Positions 19,450 through 30,000 of a stretch of DNA of 64,000 bases are shown piece by piece. The notes beneath the pieces are model-generated. The model worked only from the letters and a program-made list of their open reading frames with translations. It was not told the DNA's origin and did no database searches. Both the position numbers and the translations under genes were made by a program. Position 1 is the stretch's first letter. The number at the start of each line of letters is the position of its first letter. Source of the stretch: Spirochaetia bacterium (lineage in GTDB: Bacteria > Spirochaetota > Spirochaetia > SZUA-6 > Bin103). Location of the stretch: NCBI GenBank assembly GCA_965203515.1, contig OZ241907.1, positions 384,001 to 448,000 on the forward strand, read 5' to 3'.

Positions 19450-20388
19450 CTACCATAGACCGATCCCGGTGAGCCGGCGAGCGACCTTGTGCGCGGCGAA
19501 CAGCAACCCGAACGCGATGACGGATTGCACCAGGCCGATGGCCGCGGTCAGGCTGTATTGAGCCTGCTCCAGGCCGAGGCGGTAGATGTAGACGGCGAGC
19601 ACGTCGGAGACCTCATAGTTCAGCGGGTTGGCGAAGACGAAGATCCGCTCGAACTCGACCAGGAACAGGCGCGAGATGCGGAAGATCAACAGCAGCATGA
19701 TCACCGGCAGCAGCCCCGGCAGCGTGATCGAGAAGACCATGCGGAGTCGGCTGGAGCCGTCGATCCAGGCCGCCTCGTAGAGATCGGAGTCGATGCTCGT
19801 CAGGGCTGCGAAATAGAGGATCGCTCCCCAACCCATGTTCTTCCAGATCTCCAGGACGACGACGAGCGGACGAAACAGATCCACCCGCCCCAGGAAATGG
19901 ACGGGGTCGGCGCCGACCAGGACGATCAGCTTGTTCAGCATGCCGTGGAGCGGGGAGAGGAGCTGATACATGAGCCCGTACACCACGACCCATGAGACGA
20001 AGTGTGGCAGGTACGAGACGGTCTGGCTCACCCGCTTGAACGCGCCGCTCGCAATCTCGTTGGCCAGCAGCGCGAAGACGATCGGCGCAGGAAATCCGAT
20101 CAGGATGTCGAACAGGCTGATGTACAGGGTGTTCTTGACGACGTTCCAGAAGCGGGGATCGGCAAGGAAGAACCGGAAGTGGTCGAGACCGGCCCAGGCG
20201 CTGCCCAGGATGCCGCGGTAGGGCGTGAAGTCCTTGAACGAGATGATGATGCCGTAGATCGGCAGGTAGTTGAACAGGAACAGCAACACCGCCGCCGGCA
20301 GGAACAGCACGAACAGCGACAGCGCGCGTTTCGTGATCTTCCGCCCTGACGCCGGGCGGGCCGCTGCCGCCGTCGCTGCCTCTGCCAT
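19450..20388 (-). CDS. Carbohydrate ABC transporter permease (LplB-like)
   Basis: YLPHFVSWVVV, WKNMGWGAILY and LYEAAWIDG. Confidence 0.92.
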   Translation of the reverse strand: MAEAATAAAARPASGRKITKRALSLFVLFLPAAVLLFLFNYLPIYGIIISFKDFTPYRGILGSAWAGLDHFRFFLADPRFWNVVKNTLYISLFDILIGFPAPIVFALLANEIASGAFKRVSQTVSYLPHFVSWVVVYGLMYQLLSPLHGMLNKLIVLVGADPVHFLGRVDLFRPLVVVLEIWKNMGWGAILYFAALTSIDSDLYEAAWIDGSSRLRMVFSITLPGLLPVIMLLLIFRISRLFLVEFERIFVFANPLNYEVSDVLAVYIYRLGLEQAQYSLTAAIGLVQSVIAFGLLFAAHKVARRLTGIGLW

Positions 20389-20409
20389 CGCGGCCGTGCC
20401 TCATTACGC

Positions 20410-22020
20410 CTACCAGTCGACCATCCTGACGTTCTTGCTGCGCAGATCGTCCTTGTGCTCCTGGACGTACCGGGTCTGGAAATCGTAGATGAAGCCGAAT
20501 TCCTGCTGGAACTTCGCCACCTCGTCATCGAACTCTTCCAGGGTGATCTGACCGGAGATCGCTTTGGCGATGGCCGCGCTGATGAAGGGGTTGACCTCAC
20601 CGGCCTTCTTGCCGACATCCGGGTCCGTCGGTATGAAGGACAGGTAGTTCAGGCCGACTTCGCGGTCCTTCTCCATCAACCATCGCGCGCTGTCATAGGC
20701 GCGCTGCCACTCCATCGGGTAGCGCTCGGCCTGTACGCCATACTTGACCTGGGTGGGCCAGAAGCCGCTGATGATGCCGAGGTGCAACGTCCAGTAGTGC
20801 GAGTCCGAGTCGTCGAGATCGCGGAGGTAGAGGCGATCCGTGGCCATGCGCTTGCCGCCGTCCACCGTGTATTCCTTGCCTTCCCGGCCCCACGCGATGA
20901 TGTCCCACAGCTCGTCAGACGCGAAGGCTTCGAGCACCCGCCACGCCCGGTCCGGGTTCTTAGCGTTCGACGTGATGCCGGTGCGGTGGCTCGATATCGG
21001 GAAGATGTCCGCACCGTAATTGATGCTCAGGTCGGCCATGTACCGGGGATCGTCGAGCGCTTCCGGGTATTCGTCGAGCGGCGGCGTGTACACCCATACC
21101 TGACCGATGTTCATCAGGTTGTCGTAGCCGGGCAGGACCTGATCGGTGGCGTTGGAAAACATGGAGACGTGCCGTTCGCGTCTCTTCTGGACCCAGGCGG
21201 CCGTATCGCTGGTGGCGAACTCGGGATCCAGGATGCCCTCTTCGAACACCTGCCGCCACAGCTTGAGGGCTTCCTTCATGGCCGGGAGCGTGAAGTTGTG
21301 CTGCACCGCCCCGTTCTCGATGCGTGTGCCGTAGGGCGGTACGCCGTACCACAGGAAGAGGGTATCGGCGGTGGCGAACAGCCGGCCGCCCCATGCGAGC
21401 CGGGAGGAGAGCGGCGTGGAGTCCGCATAGGTGTCCCTGACCCACCGGAAGAAGTCGAGGTATCCGTCGATGGTGCCGGGGAATTCGCCGCCGTTGTACT
21501 CTTCGAGCAGGTCGTAGCGCACGAGGTTTCCCCAGCCGGGATCGCGAGCGCTCATCACCATCGGAATGGCGAAGTGAAGCCCGTTCGGCGTCGCGGCCAG
21601 ATCGAAGGCGAGCTGCGAAACCCGCGCCTGCATGATCGGGGAGTCGTCGTAGTACGGCTGGTGATCGATGAACGCGCCGGCGTCGGCGGCGTTCTCCAGG
21701 TCGGCCTTCTGCCAGCCGTGGACGATATCCGGCAGGTTGCCCGAGGCCAGCAACAGATTGATCTTGGTGGCGAAATCCTGGTAGTTCGGAACCTCCAGGA
21801 TGATGTCGACGTTCGCCAGCTCCTCGACGACGTCGAGCGCCCAGTTGCTGCTGGGATCGACGTCGGCCGGGTGGGGGATGCCGGAGTTCCCCATGAACAT
21901 TCGGATCGTCACCGTCTCGTCGGCCGCGGCTTCGGACGCGGCGGCGCCCCAGCTCGATAGCGCCGGACCGAGCGCCAGGATCGCGGTAATGAGCGCCACT
22001 GTCGATGCACGGTTGGTCAT
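20410..22020 (-). CDS. Extracellular solute-binding protein of the sugar ABC transporter
   Basis: RBS AGGAGG, signal peptide MTNRAST...SWGAAASEAA, INLLLASGNLPDI, GILDPE and WGREGK.Y. Confidence 0.88.
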   Translation of the reverse strand: MTNRASTVALITAILALGPALSSWGAAASEAAADETVTIRMFMGNSGIPHPADVDPSSNWALDVVEELANVDIILEVPNYQDFATKINLLLASGNLPDIVHGWQKADLENAADAGAFIDHQPYYDDSPIMQARVSQLAFDLAATPNGLHFAIPMVMSARDPGWGNLVRYDLLEEYNGGEFPGTIDGYLDFFRWVRDTYADSTPLSSRLAWGGRLFATADTLFLWYGVPPYGTRIENGAVQHNFTLPAMKEALKLWRQVFEEGILDPEFATSDTAAWVQKRRERHVSMFSNATDQVLPGYDNLMNIGQVWVYTPPLDEYPEALDDPRYMADLSINYGADIFPISSHRTGITSNAKNPDRAWRVLEAFASDELWDIIAWGREGKEYTVDGGKRMATDRLYLRDLDDSDSHYWTLHLGIISGFWPTQVKYGVQAERYPMEWQRAYDSARWLMEKDREVGLNYLSFIPTDPDVGKKAGEVNPFISAAIAKAISGQITLEEFDDEVAKFQQEFGFIYDFQTRYVQEHKDDLRSKNVRMVDW

Positions 22021-22154
22021 GCCTGCCTCCTGTGATGTATCGTCCCGTCCGGGCCGATTGGTCGAAACCGGCGCCAAGCGTACCGCATTGTCGAATCGCT
22101 GCGCAAGCGGGTGAAAAATCGGCTGCCGGCTCTGCGCCGGAGGCTCCGGCGGCG

Positions 22155-22694
22155 CTACGCCGCCGTGAAGTCGGAGCGGAGCAGGTACATCATGACGGTG
22201 CCGTGCAGCCGGCCTTCGTGGTACCAGGAGTCCGGCCAGTAGCCGCACTGCTTGAAGCCGCACTTCTCGTAGCAGCGGATCGCGCGCTTGTTGAACGAGT
22301 GCGCGGTGAGCTTGACGTTGTTCAGGTTGAGCGTCAGGAACGCGAACCGCAGCAGCAGCCGCACGGCTTCGGCGCCGAAGCTGCGGTCCCAATACCGCTT
22401 GTCGCCGATCATGATACCTATCTCACCGGTGCGGTCGACGGCGCTGACGTCATCGAGGGCGCAGATGCCGATCGACGCGTCATCGGCCAGCGCGACGATG
22501 GAAAAGTGGTACGGCCGGCCGGCGAGCTCGGCGAGCGTTTCGCGCTCTGCGTGAACGTTGAGCACGCGCCGCGTCAGGGTGACGCCGGCGGCCACCTCCG
22601 GATCGTTGACCCAGGCCGTGACCGCGGCCGCATCGTCCGGGTCGATCGGCGACAGGTAGCACCGCTCGCCGGCGATCTTCTTGAAGTGTGCCAT
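22155..22694 (-). CDS. GNAT N-acetyltransferase (RimJ/RimL-like)
   Basis: EIGIMIGDKRYW..SFGAEA and N.RAIRCYEKCGF. Confidence 0.88.
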   Translation of the reverse strand: MAHFKKIAGERCYLSPIDPDDAAAVTAWVNDPEVAAGVTLTRRVLNVHAERETLAELAGRPYHFSIVALADDASIGICALDDVSAVDRTGEIGIMIGDKRYWDRSFGAEAVRLLLRFAFLTLNLNNVKLTAHSFNKRAIRCYEKCGFKQCGYWPDSWYHEGRLHGTVMMYLLRSDFTAA

Positions 22695-22743
22695 GGCGGA
22701 GTATGCCGGGCGCCGCCGAGCGCGGCTACACCCGCCGCCGGCC

Positions 22744-23973
22744 TCAGAACGACCAGTCGAACTGCGGCGGCGGCGGCATGGCGCGGTCGAGGTCGGCCAG
22801 CAGCTCCGCCGGCCCGGTCAGGTCGTCGGTGAGCGCGAGCGAGGTGGCCGGCCGCACGCCGGCCCACAGGCGCGAGAAGGCGCCCGCGGAGGCGCGCAAC
22901 TCCGGGAGGCCGGCGCGGTGGCCCGGCTCGACCCGCGATGCCTGGTCCAGCGTGACCGCATACTCGCCGGCGATCCCGCTCCAGCCGCCGTCCACCGGCT
23001 CGGCTCCGTCCAGATAGCGCTCGATCGGGTCGGCCAGCGTCAGATTGAACCGCACGGGCCGCGCCGCTCGGGTAGCGGCGATGCACCGCTCGAGGTCCAG
23101 GATGCGGAGTTGCTGCCACGACACCGCGTCGAAGCGCTGCTCGTGCTTGGCGTTCCGGGTCGCCGCCAGGCCGCGCAACGGCCCGTCGAGCAGGTCCTGC
23201 ATCTGCGCGTGCATCGGCTCGGCCATCCGCACCTGGTGGACCTGATCCGCCAGGCCGGCGATCAGCGCCAGCAGCTCCCGCAACTGGCCGGCGTTCCGGT
23301 ACGCCATCCACCAGACCGCGTACGGCCCGTTCTCGCCTTCGGCATCCCCGAACAGGTGGTGGGTCAGCCGGCCGTCCTCGAAATATCCCAGCCCGAAGCC
23401 GTTCTTCGCCCACCGCAGGTCCGATTCCGTGACCGCCGGCTCGGCGAAGATCACCGAGCCGTGCACGCGCATCCGTTCGCAACGGTTGGCGTGCATCGTC
23501 GCCGCGTCATCGGCGCTCAGCCGGCGTGGCGGGCGGAATCGCGCCGGAACGCGCAGCTTGGCCGGGTCGAAGTGCAAGCCGACGAGGTACGGCATGCTGC
23601 CGAAGCCGACGCGGTCGTAGAACCCCTGCTCGAACATCCCCAGGCCGGCGACCGCCATCCCGTTGCCGGCGGCCTCCGCCAAGGCCGCGGCCGTGACCCG
23701 GCCGGCCAGCCCCCGGCGGCGCGCCACCCGGCTGGTCGCCACCATCATGACTCCGCAGAGGTCGATCTCGGCTTCCTGGTAGCGCATCGACCCGATGGAG
23801 GTGAGGGCGACCGATTCCGCATCGCCGTCGACGCGCGCCGTCCAGCCGCTGAAGCGTTCCAGGCAGAGATCGAGCGAGGGCTGCTGGCGATCCTCCTCCA
23901 GCCAGCCCGCCTCCCGCCAGATGCGGCGGACCGCCTTGACGTCGCGCTCCCGGTCGAGCCGTTCCGGTGTCAC
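22744..23973 (-). CDS. GNAT family acetyltransferase (Eis-like)
   Basis: VATSRVARRRGLAG and GFYDRVGFG. C-terminal SCP2-like region. GTG start overlaps the peptidase stop. Confidence 0.75.
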   Translation of the reverse strand: MTPERLDRERDVKAVRRIWREAGWLEEDRQQPSLDLCLERFSGWTARVDGDAESVALTSIGSMRYQEAEIDLCGVMMVATSRVARRRGLAGRVTAAALAEAAGNGMAVAGLGMFEQGFYDRVGFGSMPYLVGLHFDPAKLRVPARFRPPRRLSADDAATMHANRCERMRVHGSVIFAEPAVTESDLRWAKNGFGLGYFEDGRLTHHLFGDAEGENGPYAVWWMAYRNAGQLRELLALIAGLADQVHQVRMAEPMHAQMQDLLDGPLRGLAATRNAKHEQRFDAVSWQQLRILDLERCIAATRAARPVRFNLTLADPIERYLDGAEPVDGGWSGIAGEYAVTLDQASRVEPGHRAGLPELRASAGAFSRLWAGVRPATSLALTDDLTGPAELLADLDRAMPPPPQFDWSF

Positions 23974-25661
23974 GGCCGCCGTACCTGCACGCACGAGTCG
24001 CCGCCGGCGCCGCCCAGCACGCGGATCACCGCGAGTTCCGTTCCGGCCGGCACCGCGGCGGCGCGCACGAACCACTCGACGATGCGGCTGCCGGTGAGCG
24101 CGCGCAGGTGGCCCAGTTCCAGATGCCCGCGCGCCGAGAGCAGCTCCACTCCGCCGGCCGGCGTCAGGCTCACCCGGACCGGCTGCATGCGCGGCAGTCC
24201 GCGCCCCAGGTTGGTGACGTTGGTCGGCAGCCGCCCGCGGTTGGCGATGCGCGCGCGGATGCGATAGGCGTCGCCGCCCACGCCGGTCACCTCGACCGAC
24301 TCTGCCTGCACGCGCGGGTGGCGCTTGACGAACGACCGGGTGAAGCGATAGGCGCCGGCCACCATCGGCTCCAGCGCCGGCACCAGCGGATTGTCGATCG
24401 CCGTGTACAGCAGGCCGCCGAGCTCCACGGGGCCGAGCTGCGGGTGATCGAACCGGCGCCACGGCTCGAACACCCGGTGCCGGCGCCCGTCCGCGTCCCA
24501 CCAGCGGAGCAGTTGCCGGTAGATCGCGTCGACCTCGTCCGGGTCCCCGGACCGCTCGCGCCACTCGCGGGGGGACACGCCGGCGGCGTTGACGATCGTG
24601 CCGAGCTCCACCTCGAAGCCCGGGATGCCGAGCTGGTGATAGGCGAAGCCGAGCGCGTGGCCGCGCTTGCCTGCGCCGCGGCGGTCGGAGCCGGTCGGAT
24701 CGCTGAGGGCGACGGCGGGGCCGTCGATCGCCGCGGCGCCTTCCCGGGCGATCTCCTCCAGCAACGCGTCGTCGTCGGCGTCCAGGTCCTCGCGCGGCCC
24801 CCAGGCGGGCGGCCGGATGATCGACGCGGAGCCGCAATGGTAGCCCAGGATGCCGCACAGCTTGGGCTGCTTGAAGATGAAATCGGCCAGCGCCCGCATC
24901 TCCGGCTCGCTGAAGGGGTAGTCGCCCGCCCCCTGCTGCTCGCCCTCGTGCCGCCAGTCGTGCGACCAGTTGCGGTTGAAGTCGAAGCTGCGTCCGGCGT
25001 GCAGCTCCGGCAAACCGGGATAGAAGGCGTGCAGGCCGCCGATGCGGATGTCGTCGGAGCCGTCCCAATCGTTGATCAGCCCTTCCGGGAAGACCCGGTA
25101 GAAGGGGCCGCGCGAGGCGGGCCGCCGGTCGACCAGCAGCCGCGGCTCTGCGGGGTCGCAGACCCAGGCACCGTCCGGGTGCTCCTGGCGGATCGTCAGG
25201 ATCGCCCCATCGCCGTCGATGTCGGCCGCGTAGATGGTGTTCGGAGCGCGGTCGAGGAAGTCGGTGCGGCTGCGGACGCGGGCGGTGGTGGCGATGCAGA
25301 ACTCCGATGCGTCGGGGCAGAGGCGAGGGATCAGGTAGAGGACCACGCGCGACAGCAGCCCGCCGCGTTCGTGATCGGCCAGCAGGCGGTGCGCGGTGTA
25401 CAGCGGCCCGTGCGCGGAGGCCGGCTCGTGCGCGTGGATGCCGCCGTGAATCAGGTAGGCGGGCCGCTCGGACGGCGCGCCGGAGTCGAATTCGGTCAGC
25501 GTCAGGAGATGGATGTCGCGGCCCTGGCCCGTGCGGCCGATCGAGCCGGCGCGGCAGATCGCGGGGTGGGCGTCCGCCAGCGACCGCGCCGCGGCGCCGA
25601 TCTCCCGGTATGTGTAGAAGTGGTCGAACTGGATCATGCGCGCGGATGCCGTTCCGGCCAT
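23970..25661 (-). CDS. M14 family zinc carboxypeptidase
   Basis: IHAHE (HxxE), DFNRNW, GDYPFSEPE, GYH and FEVEL. Alternative start MIQFDH at 25637. Confidence 0.85.
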   Translation of the reverse strand: MAGTASARMIQFDHFYTYREIGAAARSLADAHPAICRAGSIGRTGQGRDIHLLTLTEFDSGAPSERPAYLIHGGIHAHEPASAHGPLYTAHRLLADHERGGLLSRVVLYLIPRLCPDASEFCIATTARVRSRTDFLDRAPNTIYAADIDGDGAILTIRQEHPDGAWVCDPAEPRLLVDRRPASRGPFYRVFPEGLINDWDGSDDIRIGGLHAFYPGLPELHAGRSFDFNRNWSHDWRHEGEQQGAGDYPFSEPEMRALADFIFKQPKLCGILGYHCGSASIIRPPAWGPREDLDADDDALLEEIAREGAAAIDGPAVALSDPTGSDRRGAGKRGHALGFAYHQLGIPGFEVELGTIVNAAGVSPREWRERSGDPDEVDAIYRQLLRWWDADGRRHRVFEPWRRFDHPQLGPVELGGLLYTAIDNPLVPALEPMVAGAYRFTRSFVKRHPRVQAESVEVTGVGGDAYRIRARIANRGRLPTNVTNLGRGLPRMQPVRVSLTPAGGVELLSARGHLELGHLRALTGSRIVEWFVRAAAVPAGTELAVIRVLGGAGGDSCVQVRRP

Positions 25662-25754
25662 GCGCGCAACGGCACGTTCATGGGCGCAATCTTACCACGG
25701 CGGACGACGGCGGGCATGCCGGCAGGGTCCGGTCCCGGTTATACTCGATCCATC

Positions 25755-26264
25755 GTGGGAGCGTTCAAGGTCGACTGCGATCTGCAGGAACTGACCGGGA
25801 ACCGCCCGGCGGTGAGCATCGCCGGCGTGATGGTAGACACCGGGTCCGAGTACACGTGGCTGCCGGAGCAGGTGCTCACCGCCGCCGGAGTCCACGTGAC
25901 CAAGAAGGAAGTGGCGTTCGTGATGGCCAACGGCACGACCATCAAGCGAGACATCGGCTACGCTTACCTGCGCAGCGGCGGCTTCGAGACCGTTGACGAG
26001 GTGGTGTTTGCGCGCGCCGGCGATCTGCGGCTGCTCGGCGCGCGCACGCTTGAAGGATTCGCGGTCCTGGTCGACGCCCGCCGGAAACGATTGGTGGCAT
26101 CGGGACCACTACCGGTGGCGCCCGGTCGGATTCCTGCTGCCGCACCTGGCGTCCCGACCATTCATTCATCGCCATCATCGTCGACGGCATCACGTTCCGG
26201 TTCATCGCCATCACCGTCGGCCGCATCACGTTCCGGTTCATCGTCGCCGGAATCACGTGGATAG
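25755..26264 (+). CDS. Retropepsin-like (clan AA) aspartyl protease
   Basis: VDTGSEYTWLP (DTG) and LLGARTLE. GTG start 9 nt after TATACT. A low-complexity tail overlaps the convergent gene. Confidence 0.75.
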   Translation: MGAFKVDCDLQELTGNRPAVSIAGVMVDTGSEYTWLPEQVLTAAGVHVTKKEVAFVMANGTTIKRDIGYAYLRSGGFETVDEVVFARAGDLRLLGARTLEGFAVLVDARRKRLVASGPLPVAPGRIPAAAPGVPTIHSSPSSSTASRSGSSPSPSAASRSGSSSPESRG

Positions 26265-26821
26265 CGTGCCGACAAATCGCGGATTTCGTCAAGGGCGGAC
26301 GCGGCATCGGACAGATTGGAGTCGAAATTGCCACCTAGAAATAGCGGGAGATTCTCGACGCCGTGCAGTTTCCGCAAGCAGTCCCGCACGCAACTCAACA
26401 TCATGGTTCCGACCGAAACCACATCCTCGAGTTCGTAATCGCCGTACACGGGCTTGCCCTCGAACCTCCTCAACGTCAGTCTGATGACGATCCGTTCTTC
26501 GCCGATGTCGTAGTAGGGGTCGGAGGTCATGGAACTGAAGCTGGTACGGGGATCGAACGGCCACTCTATCCTTACCCGCATCGCTTCGATGATGTCCTTC
26601 AGGGATTCGGCCAACCGGTCGTCGTGTTCGTGGAGCCGGGAGACGATCGCCGCCTGCTTGTCCCGCGGCAAGGCCCGCAAGTATGCCAATATCTTGCGGC
26701 AACGATTCGGTATGCCCGACAGCGGGTCCTCTATCTCACCCTTTCTTACCCCGTCCGCGATTCTGGAAAGCAGCGCGGTCATGTGAAGGGTATCGACGAT
26801 GAGCTTCTCGATCACGTCCAT
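26162..26821 (-). CDS. Hypothetical protein (219 aa) divergent from pglW
   Basis: RBS AGGAGGAG, AT-richer codon usage and an acidic C-terminal repeat. No family recognised. Confidence 0.7.
   Translation of the reverse strand: MDVIEKLIVDTLHMTALLSRIADGVRKGEIEDPLSGIPNRCRKILAYLRALPRDKQAAIVSRLHEHDDRLAESLKDIIEAMRVRIEWPFDPRTSFSSMTSDPYYDIGEERIVIRLTLRRFEGKPVYGDYELEDVVSVGTMMLSCVRDCLRKLHGVENLPLFLGGNFDSNLSDAASALDEIRDLSARYPRDSGDDEPERDAADGDGDEPERDAVDDDGDE
26165..26248. repeat. 36-bp tandem repeat (~2.3 copies) encoding DEPERDA.D.DG
   Basis: The unit ttcatcgccatca.cgtcg...gcatcacgttccgg is repeated. Confidence 0.8.
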
Positions 26822-27073
26822 GGCGGCTCTCCTCCTGCATTCGAGACCGACGATCAGCGGCGTAACGCCGCCGGGGCGGCATGCACCTCGTTACGCAGAG
26901 GATAAGTCTGTCCGGTCGATTCTTCAAGCGGAACGGGGCGGATTTCGAGTTGTATCTCAGGGCAGGTCTACAACCGGGAAGGCGCGTTTGCGGAAGCGGA
27001 TCATGCCTCGACGCGCGTCCGACCAGGCAGCCGCTTCACGATGTAGCGCCGGCGGGTATACTGCCGGCATCCG

Positions 27074-30000
27074 ATGCACCGATCGAGCAGCAGCCATTGG
27101 ATCGAGGTCACCCCGTCGGAGTACGCGTGGGAGCGGGAGGCGCTCCACTACCTGAAGACGCGGCTGCCGGACGGCGAGCCGTTTCGCGCGTGGTCCAACT
27201 TCGAGTTCATCTCCCATGACGGCAGCATCAACGAGGTCGATCTGCTGGTGGTGTCGCTGCACCGCGTCTACCTGGTGGAGATCAAGAGTTGGCGCGGCGT
27301 GGTCTCCGGCGATCAGAGTACCTGGAGCCGGAGCGTGGATGGCAGGACGTTGCTGGCCGACAGCCCGCTGCTGCTGGCGAACCGCAAGGCGCGCAAGCTC
27401 GCCGCGCTGCTGAAGGCGCAGCCGGCCCTCGCCCGGGAGCGGCGGCCGTTCCTGGAACCGCTCGTGTTTCTGTCGCAGGCGCGGTGCCGGCTGGAGGGGT
27501 TGGCGCGGACCGGGGTGTACGTGTCCCAGAACCACGCCGACGCCGGCGCCGGGGAGCCGTCGATCGTCGACGTGTTGAGGGGCGACGCCGGGTTCGATCC
27601 CCGGCGCCCGTTGCCGCGCATCGACCGCCCGCTGGCGCGGGCGATCGCGCGCGCCATGGAACAGGCCGGCATCCGTCCCTCGCAGCGGCAGCGGCGCGTC
27701 GCCGACTACGTGCTGCGCCGGCTGCTGCTGGAGACCGACGCGTGGCAGGACTGGGAGGCGGAGCACGTCTCGGTGCCGGAATCGAAGCGCCGCATCCGCG
27801 TCTACCCGCTGGCCCGGGCATCGTCGGAGTCCGGCCGCCGGGAACGGCGCGCCGCCGCCGAGCGCGAGTACCGCCTGCTCGACGGCGTGGGCCACGACGG
27901 CATCCTGCGCGCGGAGCTGCTGACCGACGCGGAGCAGGGGCCGGCCATCGTGTTCGAGCACCACCCGGCCGCCGAGCGGCTGGATCACTTCCTGGACCGG
28001 CGCGGCGCCGAGCTGCCGCCGGAGACGCGGCTCGACCTGGTGCGGCAGTTGGCCCAGACCGTGCGGTACGCCCACGAGCGGCGGCTCTGCCACCGCGCGC
28101 TGAGTCCGCGCCGCGTCCTGGTGATGGACCCGGCGGCGGCGCGGCCGCGGCTCAAGATCTTCGACTGGCAGACGGCAACGCACGCCGCCAGCGGCACGCG
28201 GTCGCCGACCGCTCCGGCGGCCGCTCCGGCGGCCGACCCGGCGATCGACGATGCGGAGGGCGTCTACCTGGCCCCGGAAACCGGCCTGGGCGGTTACGAC
28301 CCGACGAAGCTCGACCTGTTCTCGCTGGGCGCGGTCGCCTATCGGGTGTTCGCCGGCACGCCGCCGGCGCCCACCGTCGCCGCCTTGCACGACCGGCTGG
28401 CCCGCAGCCGCGGTCTGAAGCTCTCCGATCAGATCGACGGCGCGCCGGAGGCGCTGCAACTGGTGGTCGAGTGCGCCACCGATCCCGACGCCTCCGGGCG
28501 GCCGGCTACCGCGGCCGAGTTCTGCGTGCAGCTCGATGACGCGGAACGGGAGCTCGCCGCGGCCCGGGAGCCGCGCGAGGAGTTCGCGCACCCGCTCGAC
28601 GCCGGCCCGGAAGAAACGCTGGAGGGTGGATTCCGGGTGGTGCGCCGGCTCGGCCGGGGCGCGACCGCGCTGGCGCTGCAGGTGGAGCACGCCGATCGCG
28701 CCGGCGTACTCAAGGTGGCGCTCGACCCGTCCCGCAACGACCGCGTGCGGCGCGAAGGCGAGCTGCTGCGCTCGCTGCGCCATCCCAACATCGTCGATGC
28801 GTACCGCGACGATGCGTACCGCGAGGTCGAGCTTTCCGGCCACGCCGCGGTCTTCATGGCGCTGGCCGGCGCAGAGAACAAAGGCGGCGCCTATACCCTC
28901 GCCGACCGCATCCGGGAGGAAGGCCGGCTGTCGCTCGATCTGCTGCAGCGCTTCGGCGATCAACTGGTGAGCGTCGTGCAGTGGCTGGAGGAGCAGGGCG
29001 TGTCGCACCGCGACCTCAAGCCCGACAACATCGGCGTGTCGGGCACGCCGCTCAGCCTGGTGGTGTTCGACTTCTCGCTGGCGGACACCCCGGCGGAAAA
29101 CATCCGCGCCGGCACGCCGCAGTACCGCGATCCGTTCCTGGCGTTGCGCAGGCCGCCGCGCTGGGACGCCGGCGCCGAACGCTTCAGCGCGGCCATGACC
29201 CTGCACGAGATGGCGACCGGTCAGTTGCCCGGCTGGGGCGACGGGCAGAGCGACCCGGCGCTGCTCGACGAGGAAGTCTCCCTGGACGCCGAGCTGTTCG
29301 ATCCGTCGGTGCGGGAGGCGCTGACCGCGTTCTTCAGGACGGCGCTGGCGCGCGACTACCGCGCCCGCTTCGACAACGCGGAGGAGATGCGCCGCGCCTG
29401 GTTCCGCTGCTTCGAGGCGATCGACGTGACCGCCGCCGGCGGCGAAGAAGGCGATCTGCCGGAGGAGTTCGAAGGCGTGACCGAGGCGACGGCGCTGGCC
29501 GCGCTGGGCATCAGCCCGCGTCTGCTGAACGCCCTGGAGCGGATCGGCGCGCACACGGTCGCCGAGCTGGTCGGGCTGCCGCGCATCCGCCTGTACCGCA
29601 ACCAGGGCATCGGGCAGCGCGTCGTCAAACGGATTCGCCGGCTGTCGGAGCTGCTGGCCGAGCACCTGGCCGACCGCGGGCGGACGATCTCCACCACGAC
29701 CGCCGGCGAAGAGGAGTACCCGACCGACCCGGCGGTATGGAGCATCGACCTTCTGGCGTCGCGGCTGACGACGCGCGGTGCCGCGTCCGGCACTGCGGCC
29801 GGCGGCAGTTGGATGAAGCCGGTGCGGGACTCGGCGGCGGCGCTGGTGGCGAGCCACGGCGGCGTGATGACGGAGGACGAGCTGGTCGGGGCGTTGGCCG
29901 CGGCGCGCGGTTCGGCGGCGTCCGGCGGCGAACGGCTGCGCCGGGCCCGCGTGGTCGCCGCGGCGGCGCTGGACGCGGAAGGCAAGCGCCGGGACTGCCG

